DNA of 56,692 nt from a virus (IMGVR_UViG_3300030331_004412:1-56692); one strand, 5' to 3'; counted from the first letter of the stretch, positions 1 through 9,351 are shown. Made by a program: numbers and translations. The notes: a model not told the origin generated them from the sequence alone.

Positions 1-146
1 GTCCGACCACCCCACGGCACGCATGTGAAATCAAGGAGGTGAACCAAAGCTACAAGACAACCACCCCACCGCATTCGTAGTCAGTGAGTTAGGCGCAAAA
101 AGCTGAAAGTCTACGCGCAACTGCGCATTATGCAGGGGTACGGGCT

Positions 147-196
147 TGCGTATGTGCGTTTGGGTGTGCGCATGTGTACGTGTATACATACATATA
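147..196. repeat. Alternating purine-pyrimidine tract
   Basis: 164-196 gtgtgcgcatgtgtacgtgtatacatacatata is a perfect RY alternation (33 nt); 147-159 is a second 13-nt run; non-coding region. Confidence 0.7.
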
Positions 197-358
197 ATCC
201 CCACCATATCTATTACTCACGCTTTTTTTTGGACGGAATCCAGATCACCTAAAAAAACACATTTCAAAAGAGAAAACACCTACAGTGCTTGCGGTCAGCA
301 CTTTAGGAAGCTGTTATTCATCTTTCACTTGACGGTTGACTTTTGAGATTTTTGTTTA

Positions 359-366
359 TACCTTTG
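359..366 (+). promoter_or_regulatory. Bacteroidota -7 promoter element (TACCTTTG)
   Basis: Matches TAnnTTTG in an intergenic region, with TTG/TTTG runs upstream. Confidence 0.45.
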
Positions 367-510
367 ATAACTCAATCGTTCTAGAACAGATTGCTGACGT
401 CTTGCAAAAGCACACAAGGCATTTGTGTGTTTGAGCACACTGAGGGTGTGCCTTCACACACTAGAATCGTTTATATGTTTATCGAGATGGGTTAGCTGTG
501 TCTAGTTGAC

Positions 511-518
511 TATCTTTG
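511..518 (+). promoter_or_regulatory. Bacteroidota -7 promoter element (TATCTTTG)
   Basis: TAnnTTTG, 4 nt before ATG 523. Confidence 0.65.
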
Positions 519-522
519 AGCC

Positions 523-1095
523 ATGAGGGCATTAAAGTCAAGGAGGTACTATCAAGTAGGTGGTTCTACAGGGGACCCAAAGAAAGAAAGCACAGGGTAT
601 GCTAGGCTTGATGCTCGATTGGCTAGGCTAGCAAAGCAGGCTCAGTCTGACACCAGCAACTACACCACAGAACAAGCCGATAGACTAGAGCGACAGATTA
701 TGGCAGAAAGTTCTGGAAATCCAAATGCCATCTCTCCTGCTGGTGCACGTGGTTTGTTGCAGATTATGCCCTCCACACAAAGAGATTTAGAGGATAGGGG
801 GTTGATCCCCCGAGGTCTTGACCCATTTAACCCAGACCATAGCCGCAAAATGCGTGACGCAAAGATCAATGCTTTGTCTGAGCTGAGCTGGATCAAGGAC
901 CCCCCAAAGAAAATTCCTGAAGTAAACAGACTTGCACGTATTTATGCGTCTTACAATGCTGGGGAGGGTAGAATCAAAGACGCTTTGGAGAAGGCAAAGG
1001 CCGATGGGGTAGACATCTATGGTGACCCTAGGGCTTGGTTCAACTACATCCCTGAAGAGACCAGAGGGTATCTCAATAAGATACTTTTTGATTGA
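523..1095 (+). CDS. Lytic transglycosylase (SLT domain), possibly virion-packaged
   Basis: AESSGNPNAISPAGARGLLQIMP and ASYNAGEGR motifs; ETRGY near the C-terminus. Confidence 0.9.
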   Translation: MRALKSRRYYQVGGSTGDPKKESTGYARLDARLARLAKQAQSDTSNYTTEQADRLERQIMAESSGNPNAISPAGARGLLQIMPSTQRDLEDRGLIPRGLDPFNPDHSRKMRDAKINALSELSWIKDPPKKIPEVNRLARIYASYNAGEGRIKDALEKAKADGVDIYGDPRAWFNYIPEETRGYLNKILFD

Positions 1096-1096
1096 T

Positions 1097-1104
1097 TATC
1101 TTTG
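1097..1104 (+). promoter_or_regulatory. Bacteroidota -7 promoter element (TATCTTTG)
   Basis: TAnnTTTG, 4 nt before ATG 1109. Confidence 0.65.
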
Positions 1105-1108
1105 ACGC

Positions 1109-1534
1109 ATGGCAACACTAAAAGTCACTATCACCGAAGAACTCTCCATCGACGGAGTTGAAAGAGGTAGTACGAGGAACCTAGACGTCCTCTCAGTAAC
1201 GCAAGTAGACAACAGAGTCGTTACTGTCACCAACTCAGAAACAGACATTGTCAAGTTTGGCAGCGCTATTGGTAGCGGAACGTTCGTAGCGGCTAACGTA
1301 AAGTACTTGCGCATCTCTCACACAGCTACTGCTAATAATCTGAATTTAAGAATCCTTGGAACCAACGAAGAATACTTCGTAAAACTTTCTGGAGGTCAAA
1401 GTTTCATCTTGAACAATGCGAGCATGGACGCCAATGACACGGGATCTCAGAGCATGACGCTAGCAAACATCTCAGAGATCAAGGCTGTCACTAATTCTGG
1501 CACGGTGGTGACAGAAATTATGGTTGTATCGTAA
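1109..1534 (+). CDS. Small beta-rich putative virion protein (paralog of 18575 and 18970)
   Basis: 141-aa ORF, T/V/S-rich; shares motifs with the two ORFs at 18.6-19.4 kb. Confidence 0.6.
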   Translation: MATLKVTITEELSIDGVERGSTRNLDVLSVTQVDNRVVTVTNSETDIVKFGSAIGSGTFVAANVKYLRISHTATANNLNLRILGTNEEYFVKLSGGQSFILNNASMDANDTGSQSMTLANISEIKAVTNSGTVVTEIMVVS

Positions 1535-1544
1535 ACCAGAATCT

Positions 1545-2027
1545 ATGAAGCTTTCAAAGAATCTGTCTCTTGCTGAGGTGACTAAAAGCACAACGGCAAA
1601 AAGACTAGGAATTGACAACACACCAGATGATGAATGGATTATTGAAAATCTCAGAGCGATTGCAGACGTTATTTTTCAACCTCTGCGCGACAGCTTCAAG
1701 TGCCCTATATTCGTTTCGAGCGGGTATCGTTCGCCTGATCTCAATGTTGCTATCGGTGGCTCGAAGCGCAGCCAGCACATGGAGGGAAGAGCACTTGATC
1801 TCGACGCAGATGTATACGGAGGTTGTACAAATAGTCAAATCTTCAACTGGATACGAGAAAATGTGGAGTTTGATCAGATGGTGTGGGAGTTTGGTGACGG
1901 AGATAATCCTGATTGGGTGCACGTCTCTTATGTTCGGGATGGGGTTAATCGTAAAAGGTGTCTCAAGGCTTTACGAGATGATAGAGGCAAAGTTTATTAC
2001 GAAGTAATGTTTGGTAAATCCCTCTAA
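1545..2027 (+). CDS. Endolysin, peptidase M15 family
   Basis: MKLSKNLSLAE start; SSGYRS..LN.AIGGS..SQH.EG.ALD and WVHVS Zn-peptidase motifs; ATG 1545 preferred over 1524. Confidence 0.9.
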   Translation: MKLSKNLSLAEVTKSTTAKRLGIDNTPDDEWIIENLRAIADVIFQPLRDSFKCPIFVSSGYRSPDLNVAIGGSKRSQHMEGRALDLDADVYGGCTNSQIFNWIRENVEFDQMVWEFGDGDNPDWVHVSYVRDGVNRKRCLKALRDDRGKVYYEVMFGKSL

Positions 2028-2030
2028 GAC

Positions 2031-4316
2031 ATGGCTTTATACGACGACGCATCATTCATTTTTTTGGCCTCTGGAGCTGCTGGAGTGGAGAACAAAGACT
2101 TTAGCAAGGCGCTCTGCGTAAAGCCTGTTGAGGTAACGGGACCTGAGCTTTTGAGCAGCTCTGATGGAGATTGGACCCTTGGCACTGGGGGTTCAATTAG
2201 CAATGGTGTAATAACTGTAGACGGAAGTCAAAGCAGTTCTATAAATCTTTTTCAGAATATCACAGACTTAGACAATAAGTCAGCAAAAATTTCTTTTACA
2301 ATAAGTAACCACTCTGCAGGTACAATACAGGGTCAGTTTTTTGGCGGCAATGAAGTAACGCCTTCTGTTGGACAAAATGGTACGTTTGCTTTTACAAAAG
2401 ATATAGGTGGATCTCACAACGGAAATGCTGGGTTTGGTGTTTCTAGTGATTTCGAAGGAACGATTAGTAATATCAGCATCAAAGAGGTTACAACAAAAGC
2501 TGCAGACTTTGACATCAGCAGAGACGCCAACCTCGACGCCACTCGCGTAGGACCTACTGGGTTGATCGAGAAGGGGAGGGAGAATAAATTCTTATACAGC
2601 AATAACTTTTCTAAAAATATTGGAACGTGGGGTCATAATGGTTTGTCTTCCGTGATTGGCATTCACAACTCACTAGGTCAGGAAGGATACGACGGAACGA
2701 ACAACGCCTCATACATCAGGGCTAGTGATGCAACTGGTGTTCATAAAGTTCTATTAAGCGCTCAGGCAGGAGTTTCTGTAAATAGTCAAGCAGTTCAAAC
2801 GATAAGTATTCATGCAAAACCATTAGGATATACTTTTCTTGCAATCACAACCCAAAGCGGAAATCAAGAAGCTTATTTTGATCTTGCAAATGGAACTGTA
2901 GGAACGACAGAAAGCGATGTTATTGAAGCAAAGATAACTCCCGCAGGTAACGGTTATTTTAGATGCTCTATGACTGTAAACGCTGATATAGCCATAACTC
3001 AGATAAACTTTAATATCGCTTTAGAGGACAACAATCATTCGTTTACAGGAGACCCAAATAGAGGCGGGACAGACAACGGGGGTATCTTTATTCAAGATGC
3101 CCAGTGGGAACTTGGACTGGTCCCAACAGAAATTATCTCTAGCAATGGATCTGCAGGCACAGCTGGCATTAAAGAAGATGAACCGCGCTTTGACTACCCT
3201 CTTGCTGGTGGTGCCCCGTCGTTGTTGTTGGAGCCGCAGAGACAAAATGAGTTGTCTTACAGCGAATACTTTGAAGGATGGGCATCCACAAGTAATGCTA
3301 CACTCACGAGCAATGATGTCATTTCTCCTGAGGGCGTTAAAAACGCTACGAAGCTCCTTGCCACTGCAGGAGATACTAATCACCAAGTAAACAGCGAAAG
3401 CCTTACTGTTGCAAGTGGTGCTGTATCAGCATCCATCTTTGCTAAGAAAGGAAACACCAATGTTGTTAGGTTACGACTTAATGGCACAACAAGCCAAGTC
3501 AGAGCGTGGTTTGATTTACAGAACGGAACAACCTCAGTTGACGGCAACGGAACCTCAACAATCACAGAGATGAATAATGGGTGGTTTCTATGCACTGTGA
3601 CTGAGGCAGGAAACACGAATACAGGTGTATCCCTTCAGGTTTTCATTAATGAAAACCTTGATGAAACTACATTTGCTGCTGATGGAGATGAGTTTATCTA
3701 TATCTATGGTGCCCAGCTAGAGGAAGGTAAATTTTGCACCTCTTACATCCCTACTCACGGGACTGCTGCTACGAGGAGCGCTGATACCATCGCTGATCTG
3801 ACATCTATACCTAGCGTCAACACTTCTACCTACACTTTCTTTGCTCATGTGTCTCAAGCTAATACTGGTGGCACGGGCAACAGAGGACCAAGAATGAAAA
3901 ACGCATCCAATGATGCTTTGATGGGTTACTTCATAAATAACTCTGACCAAAAGCAATTTTTCTTAGATCCAGATTCTGCAGGCGGCGGGAGCAATAGAAC
4001 GTTTTCTACAACTGACATTTCCCCAGTTAGCAGTACTCAGCTCGCAGGCGATGAAGTCAAGTACGCCTTTGTCATTAATGGAACATCAGTAAAATGTTTT
4101 GTAGACGGAAACACTTTATTTAATGGAACAGCCTCTGGTGTTGTTACAGCCAACAGAATTGTTTTTAACACTAGTGACGGTACTCCAGATCATATTAAAA
4201 GTGTCATTTACTTTCCATCGGCAATAAGCAATATTGATGCCTTAGTGCTTACCGATACAAACTATGGGTCATACAGCGAGATGGTCAATTCATTAAGTTA
4301 CACTCAACATGGCTAA
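2031..4316 (+). CDS. Virion fibre/spike-like protein with carbohydrate-binding-like beta repeats
   Basis: 761 aa, G/S/T-rich; repeated ..NGW/YFRC..QLE.G...TSYIPT modules typical of phage fibre/decoration proteins. Confidence 0.65.
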   Translation: MALYDDASFIFLASGAAGVENKDFSKALCVKPVEVTGPELLSSSDGDWTLGTGGSISNGVITVDGSQSSSINLFQNITDLDNKSAKISFTISNHSAGTIQGQFFGGNEVTPSVGQNGTFAFTKDIGGSHNGNAGFGVSSDFEGTISNISIKEVTTKAADFDISRDANLDATRVGPTGLIEKGRENKFLYSNNFSKNIGTWGHNGLSSVIGIHNSLGQEGYDGTNNASYIRASDATGVHKVLLSAQAGVSVNSQAVQTISIHAKPLGYTFLAITTQSGNQEAYFDLANGTVGTTESDVIEAKITPAGNGYFRCSMTVNADIAITQINFNIALEDNNHSFTGDPNRGGTDNGGIFIQDAQWELGLVPTEIISSNGSAGTAGIKEDEPRFDYPLAGGAPSLLLEPQRQNELSYSEYFEGWASTSNATLTSNDVISPEGVKNATKLLATAGDTNHQVNSESLTVASGAVSASIFAKKGNTNVVRLRLNGTTSQVRAWFDLQNGTTSVDGNGTSTITEMNNGWFLCTVTEAGNTNTGVSLQVFINENLDETTFAADGDEFIYIYGAQLEEGKFCTSYIPTHGTAATRSADTIADLTSIPSVNTSTYTFFAHVSQANTGGTGNRGPRMKNASNDALMGYFINNSDQKQFFLDPDSAGGGSNRTFSTTDISPVSSTQLAGDEVKYAFVINGTSVKCFVDGNTLFNGTASGVVTANRIVFNTSDGTPDHIKSVIYFPSAISNIDALVLTDTNYGSYSEMVNSLSYTQHG

Positions 4317-6162
4317 ACCAGCAATTATCATAGGGGACGGAAAGTTCGCAACGAAAGACACCAAGTTTCTTGCTTATGCTCAGGGGGATAGCTCTAGCAG
4401 GTTCGTAGCCCGTGAGCTTACTTATGATAGGGGATCTAACCTCACAGCTACAAGGGTTGCATCTAATGGCCTTATCGAGAAGGGGAGGGAGAACCTGATC
4501 TTACAGTCTAATAGTTTTGATACCACATGGTCGTCAGTGAACGTAACAGTTACTGGCGGCCAAGAAGGTTACGATGGAAGCAGCAATGCTTGGGAGTTGA
4601 AGATGACTGGAGCCCAAGATGGAGATAATGAAGCCCGCATTAGACAAACTGGCATCTCTGTTTCTGGAGTATGCACGTATAGCGTTTTTGCAAAAGCAGG
4701 CAATGTAAATTTTATTCGCCTTATTGGTATAGTAAGTGGCAGCCCAAATCCACTCGCATTCTTTGATCTTAGTGGAAATGGATCAGTAATATCCAGTACC
4801 TCTTCAGTCGCTGCAACAAGTATCGAGTCTTTTGGCAATGGCTGGTTTAGGGTTTCTGTTACTCATCAAGGTGCCGCCAATAATATTACGGACGTTAGGA
4901 TCAATATTTCAGATGGGGATGATGATGTCCACGTTCCAACAGGTTCTTTCATCTACATCCAAGATTCTCAGCTAGAAGCTGGTCTTGTCGCCACTGACGT
5001 TATTACCACTACATCTGCTGCAGTCAAAGCTGGTATCCTTGAAGATCAGGCTAGAGTAGATTACTTAAGCAACTCTAACGGTTATATCTTGCTTGAGCCT
5101 ACGAGACAGAACCTTATTCTTAATTCAGAACACATTGGAGGGTCTACGTGGACAGATCTAAGCTCTGGCGTCACAGCTGTAACTAATGATGCTGTGTCCC
5201 CAGAAGGCGTTAAGAACGCCACGAAGCTTGTTATTGCTGACGGAGATTCCGCAGGTGCAGAATGGAGGCTTGCTTCTAATTTACCTGTAACTAACACAAC
5301 TAAATATGCTTTTAGTGTATTTGCAAAAGCAGCAGAGTTTGATGGTATTCAGCTAGATGTAAGTGACAGTCGATTTGGTAATGCTAATGTAACTGCAGAT
5401 CTTACTAATGGTACAATCACCGCAGGAGGCGGCACAACATCTTCTAGCATTGAAGACCATGGTGATGGTTGGTATAGAATTATTATGGTCGCCACTTGCA
5501 TCTCAACGGGTGATAGTGCTGTAATATTTAGATTGCATGCATCGGGGATAAACGGTACAGGCGATGGCTCTAAAGGTATTCACGTCTATGGAGCTCAATT
5601 TGAAGAGGGTGCTTTTGCTACCTCTTACATCCCTACTCATGGGACCGCCGCAAGTAGATCAGCAGAAGGACTCCCCTCAAGCGCTAGTTCAGTTGACATG
5701 AGTAGCTTCATGGAGGGTGATGATGTTACTCTTGTGGTTCATTTCGCTGACAACCCATCTGTTTCAAGAGACAGCAGTTCAGCTGGAATACAGCTCAGCA
5801 ATGGAGGTGCGGCCACTGGAAAAGTAGCAATTTATAGAAATAACGACGCTGCGAGACAGCTTCACGCAGTGTTCTTTGGCACTGATGGCAACAATGTAGG
5901 TGTTCCGATAACTTCATCTGCACCAAAAATTGCTATTAGGCGGGTAAGGTCATCTAATGCGTTCACTGTTTATATGGATGGGGCCCCTTTAGATGATAGC
6001 GGTAGTGCAACTGATTCAAACGGAGACTTCACAAACAGCAACTTTGATGTTACGTGGGATGACTTAAAACTGTCAGGTATCAACTCTACAGTCAAAATAC
6101 TTTCTTTAAAGCTGTTTGATTCAGCATTGACAAATCCAGAAATGGAAAGCGAAACATCATGA
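4309..6162 (+). CDS. Virion fibre/spike-like protein, paralog of 2031..4316
   Basis: Shares ATRV..GLIEKGREN, LLEP.RQN, SPEGVKNATKL and TSYIPTHGTAA blocks with the upstream gene. Confidence 0.65.
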   Translation: MAKPAIIIGDGKFATKDTKFLAYAQGDSSSRFVARELTYDRGSNLTATRVASNGLIEKGRENLILQSNSFDTTWSSVNVTVTGGQEGYDGSSNAWELKMTGAQDGDNEARIRQTGISVSGVCTYSVFAKAGNVNFIRLIGIVSGSPNPLAFFDLSGNGSVISSTSSVAATSIESFGNGWFRVSVTHQGAANNITDVRINISDGDDDVHVPTGSFIYIQDSQLEAGLVATDVITTTSAAVKAGILEDQARVDYLSNSNGYILLEPTRQNLILNSEHIGGSTWTDLSSGVTAVTNDAVSPEGVKNATKLVIADGDSAGAEWRLASNLPVTNTTKYAFSVFAKAAEFDGIQLDVSDSRFGNANVTADLTNGTITAGGGTTSSSIEDHGDGWYRIIMVATCISTGDSAVIFRLHASGINGTGDGSKGIHVYGAQFEEGAFATSYIPTHGTAASRSAEGLPSSASSVDMSSFMEGDDVTLVVHFADNPSVSRDSSSAGIQLSNGGAATGKVAIYRNNDAARQLHAVFFGTDGNNVGVPITSSAPKIAIRRVRSSNAFTVYMDGAPLDDSGSATDSNGDFTNSNFDVTWDDLKLSGINSTVKILSLKLFDSALTNPEMESETS

Positions 6163-6524
6163 GAATATTTAGAAAATACGAGTTTGGCAGCCAGTCTGCT
6201 GCTACAACAAAGATTAATGCCTTGGGGGTTGACGACGAAGGCAATCCAACCCACGGTCATTCTATTGTCAGGCTGGGTAATATCATAACAACACAAGGTG
6301 AGTATGATGAAGAGGGCAATCAAATTACAGCCCCTGTATACTCAGAGAACTACCACGTCGATGTCTTGTGGAAAGACGAGGCATCTGCAGACTGGGATAA
6401 TCAGATGGTGTGGTGCATGCCTATGGGGGTGCATACGTTTGGATCGTCTAGTGCCAATGCGGAGTATATTGCAAAATGTCAGGAGCTGCACCCAGAGTGG
6501 TTCCCCGAATCTGAAGAAGAATGA
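6159..6524 (+). CDS. Hypothetical phage protein, fibre-associated
   Basis: 121-aa ORF, ATGA-coupled to the upstream gene; YHVDVLW motif. Confidence 0.6.
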   Translation: MRIFRKYEFGSQSAATTKINALGVDDEGNPTHGHSIVRLGNIITTQGEYDEEGNQITAPVYSENYHVDVLWKDEASADWDNQMVWCMPMGVHTFGSSSANAEYIAKCQELHPEWFPESEEE

Positions 6525-6676
6525 TTGGATTAGGAGCATCTGTATCGTCAACGTCTTACAACACCAAGATTAGATCTGATGAGCTTGTTGACGCTTTTAG
6601 AGCAAGGGTTGTTGCCGATGGCGGAACCCTTGAAGACGGCAATAGCTTAGAGAAAGACCTCAGAGCTCTTATCTAA
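6521..6676 (+). CDS. 51-aa micro-protein MIGLGASVSS...DAFRARVVADGGTLE (not in ORF track)
   Basis: Hand-translated; ATGA overlap with the upstream stop; MIGLG and F.ARV.ADGG.LE motifs recall fibre-associated peptides. Confidence 0.6.
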   Translation: MIGLGASVSSTSYNTKIRSDELVDAFRARVVADGGTLEDGNSLEKDLRALI

Positions 6677-7087
6677 CTTCCTGTAAAAGGCTTGAACCAA
6701 CAGCCGAGCCTTTTGTGTTAGAGCATATCTAACTGCGTAATTCATTTTTGTTTCTTCTCGAAACAAGTGATCCTCCCTAGTTTGTGATGGAGTAAGCTTG
6801 TCGAAGTGTTTGTAGATATACCCCTCTCTCATCATGGGGTACACAAGCCTTTCGGCAAGCTTCTTTTTGTTGTAGTCATACTTCGATGACGCATATCTCA
6901 GCGTCCAAAACTCTAGGTCGTAGGCCCAAAGCATGAAGTGAAGCTCACTCTCGAAGATGTCTCTGGCTTTGCAAAACTGTAGAGTGGTGTTTCTCAAGTT
7001 TTTAAGGTGGTTCTTTTTTACATACCTTTGATTGAGAGGTGAAAACTCACGGAAGAGTCGCTTTTTTGAAACGGTGCTTTTGGGCAT
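6647..7087 (-). CDS. Hypothetical basic protein, possible winged-helix DNA-binding protein
   Basis: 146-aa ORF, the only credible minus-strand gene in the structural arm; RYALTQKAR wing-like end. Confidence 0.55.
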   Translation of the reverse strand: MPKSTVSKKRLFREFSPLNQRYVKKNHLKNLRNTTLQFCKARDIFESELHFMLWAYDLEFWTLRYASSKYDYNKKKLAERLVYPMMREGYIYKHFDKLTPSQTREDHLFREETKMNYAVRYALTQKARLLVQAFYRKLDKSSEVFL

Positions 7088-7100
7088 TTAACTAAAATTC

Positions 7101-7406
7101 ATGGACGACAAATACGAAGATATGATGGACGAAGGCTTTCTGATGGAAGCAAGAGAACTTCATGTGGCCATGGATGAGCTGATAGAAAAGTACGACCTCA
7201 GAAGCAGAGTCATGAACTGCATGGTTACAGGTCTTCTGCACCCTATTGACGAAGAGACGTCTGAAATGAAAGCCATCTTCACGTATAGCATCGAAACCAA
7301 AGATGAGCTTGAGGAAGTAATTTCTTTCATTGTGACTACCTTTGAAGAACAAAAAGGCCCAGACTTAGACGAGTTGTTAGGTGGCCTAGGTATTTCATTG
7401 AATTGA
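7101..7406 (+). CDS. Hypothetical acidic protein
   Basis: 101-aa ORF, first of a tightly packed run. Confidence 0.6.
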   Translation: MDDKYEDMMDEGFLMEARELHVAMDELIEKYDLRSRVMNCMVTGLLHPIDEETSEMKAIFTYSIETKDELEEVISFIVTTFEEQKGPDLDELLGGLGISLN

Positions 7407-7407
7407 C

Positions 7408-7644
7408 ATGACGGGACTTATCAGAAAAATCATTATCGGGAAAGACCCTAAAAACGCCATGGCCTACTATGTGGGCATGAAGGCTGGGTCTGGCAATGTG
7501 TGTGCCATTGTTCCTGATGATAGACAGCAGCATCTCCACGGAAAGACACGATATCTCGTTTACTTAGAAAACGAAGAGGGTCAGGTTTTGTGGAAAGCTG
7601 TAGATGAAATGCCATGTATCATTGAGTTTGACTGCAACTTCTAA
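7408..7644 (+). CDS. Hypothetical phage protein
   Basis: 78 aa; IRKIIIGKDPKNAMAYYVG; TAATG-coupled to the next gene. Confidence 0.65.
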   Translation: MTGLIRKIIIGKDPKNAMAYYVGMKAGSGNVCAIVPDDRQQHLHGKTRYLVYLENEEGQVLWKAVDEMPCIIEFDCNF

Positions 7645-7922
7645 TGACAATTAACGGACTCATAACTGACGGATCTGAGTTTAACCTGCCTGATGGTTCC
7701 CCATACTCAGGAAGCTATCACGTTCATATCTCACAGGGGGCTATGGTCGGAGCAACTCACAAGCCTACACCTCACCAAAGACTAACCCCCAATAGCCCAG
7801 AGGTAGCTAACCGAATAGCAGCCTTACAGGATCAGCTTCGTGCAAGACAACAAAGAGGAAGAAAAATTCAATCAACAGCTTCTAGTTCTCGTAGATCAAT
7901 GCGCGGCGGGGGCGGATATTAA
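7644..7922 (+). CDS. Hypothetical phage protein
   Basis: 92 aa; Y.G.YHVH...GAMVGA.H motif; Gly-rich tail. Confidence 0.6.
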   Translation: MTINGLITDGSEFNLPDGSPYSGSYHVHISQGAMVGATHKPTPHQRLTPNSPEVANRIAALQDQLRARQQRGRKIQSTASSSRRSMRGGGGY

Positions 7923-7929
7923 TTTACTT

Positions 7930-8520
7930 ATGAAAACAATTGATGTGTTTGTTGTTGAACTGAAAACTCAGATCAACGACACAATCACCACAAATTCAGG
8001 TTTGAATCTTTACATAGATACTCGCTTTGAAATGGGTGAGTTTAACAACAGGGTAAACGAAGGCCCTGTCCTTTGTTCTCCCATTAAATATGACACTGGT
8101 GTAAAGGAAGGGGACACCCTGTATTTTCATCACCATGTTGTTATTGGGGGTGGTCAGCCCCTTGAGGGTCAAGACAATTGCTTCATTGTAAAGTATGACC
8201 CAGACTACACTCACGGATGTCAAGCTATTGCATACAAGTGTCAAGACACTGGCGAAGTATTTCCCCTTGGTGGGTGGGCTCTTCTAAAGTCTACTGAAGA
8301 AGCAAAGGAAATTGTTTCAGATATTATTGATCTTATTGAGCTAGATGAAAAGTTGCCTAGAAAGGGGGCTGTTGCTTTTGATGCCCCTTGGCTAGAAGAG
8401 CTCGGGTTGAAAAAAGACGACGTAGTTGGTTTTGTGAAGAACGCTGACTATAGGCTCATGATTGACGGAGAGGAGTATTATAGAACTAGAGTTGAAGATC
8501 TTTTATACGTGGAGTGCTAA
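7930..8520 (+). CDS. GroES/Cpn10-like co-chaperonin (two tandem domains)
   Basis: GVKEGDTLYFHH and PLGGWALLK...LGLKKDDVVGF....Y.L.IDGEEYY....DLL; start moved to ATG 7930. Confidence 0.7.
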   Translation: MKTIDVFVVELKTQINDTITTNSGLNLYIDTRFEMGEFNNRVNEGPVLCSPIKYDTGVKEGDTLYFHHHVVIGGGQPLEGQDNCFIVKYDPDYTHGCQAIAYKCQDTGEVFPLGGWALLKSTEEAKEIVSDIIDLIELDEKLPRKGAVAFDAPWLEELGLKKDDVVGFVKNADYRLMIDGEEYYRTRVEDLLYVEC

Positions 8521-8523
8521 GCG

Positions 8524-8823
8524 ATGCAGTTTTTGTGCTCTCAGTGTGGCGCTTGTTGTAGAGCAGCAGGTAAAATAAATGCAGAACAGTATGGGCTACC
8601 TGTAAAAGCTGATGGAAGTTGCGGCCACCTTGTCGGGAACCTATGCTCCATATATGATGACAGACCCGATGTGTGTCGAACAGAAAAAATGATACACAAA
8701 CTTCCAGATCAAAGCGAAAAAGATTATTACATTTTGGCCACGAAGGCATGTCACATCCTTATAGACTTAGAGGGATTGGATGACAGCTATAAAGTAGATA
8801 TCACTCAATACGATTCAATGTAA
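8524..8823 (+). CDS. YkgJ-family cysteine-cluster (Fe-S/Zn) protein
   Basis: F.CSQCGACC...C..L....CSIYDDRPDVCR. Confidence 0.85.
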   Translation: MQFLCSQCGACCRAAGKINAEQYGLPVKADGSCGHLVGNLCSIYDDRPDVCRTEKMIHKLPDQSEKDYYILATKACHILIDLEGLDDSYKVDITQYDSM

Positions 8824-9089
8824 TGGACAAAGAAAGCTTAATGGAAGTATTAGCAGAAGAGGAAGCTCTTACAGCTGACGGGTTTGACAATGCCTTGGTT
8901 GGTTGCACATATGGTGCAAACGTTGTGGCTGTTTATGATTTGGAAAAAATGATAGACATTCTTGTGACAGAAGGCATGGAGCACGACGAAGCGGTAGAGT
9001 TTTTAGACTACAATGTTGTCGGTTCTTACGTAGGAGATAAAACACCTAAATACATCAGGTTTGTCACGGAAGAAGTTCACAACGATTGA
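8823..9089 (+). CDS. Hypothetical phage protein
   Basis: ADGFD.A.VG...AVYD...EAVEFLDYNV.GSYVG..TP pattern. Confidence 0.65.
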   Translation: MDKESLMEVLAEEEALTADGFDNALVGCTYGANVVAVYDLEKMIDILVTEGMEHDEAVEFLDYNVVGSYVGDKTPKYIRFVTEEVHND

Positions 9090-9351
9090 AGCAGCTCAAC
9101 GCTTGATGACAAGCATGGAGACAGCGATCGACAACATGATTGATGAAATCAAGAAGCCTGTTGATCCTGAAATCAACGGGAGTGCACGAAAAGCAGAGTT
9201 GCAGTCTATCAAACAAACAGCAACTGATTGCAAAGAATTAATTGTAGAACGCCAGCGCTTAGAACAGATGATCAAAGACCTTACGAACAATGGATCTATC
9301 GAACAAGCAAAGGATTACAGCGGAGGATTCGCAGAAAGATTTTCTAAGTAA
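9061..9351 (+). CDS. Putative terminase small subunit
   Basis: 96-aa helical/coiled-coil ORF (TTG start) just upstream of TerL; position-based call. Confidence 0.45.
   Translation: MSRKKFTTIEAAQRLMTSMETAIDNMIDEIKKPVDPEINGSARKAELQSIKQTATDCKELIVERQRLEQMIKDLTNNGSIEQAKDYSGGFAERFSK

Noticed and set aside
146-346. 66-aa ORF
   Set aside because: Arises from the low-complexity RY tract, has a TTG start and no protein-like features
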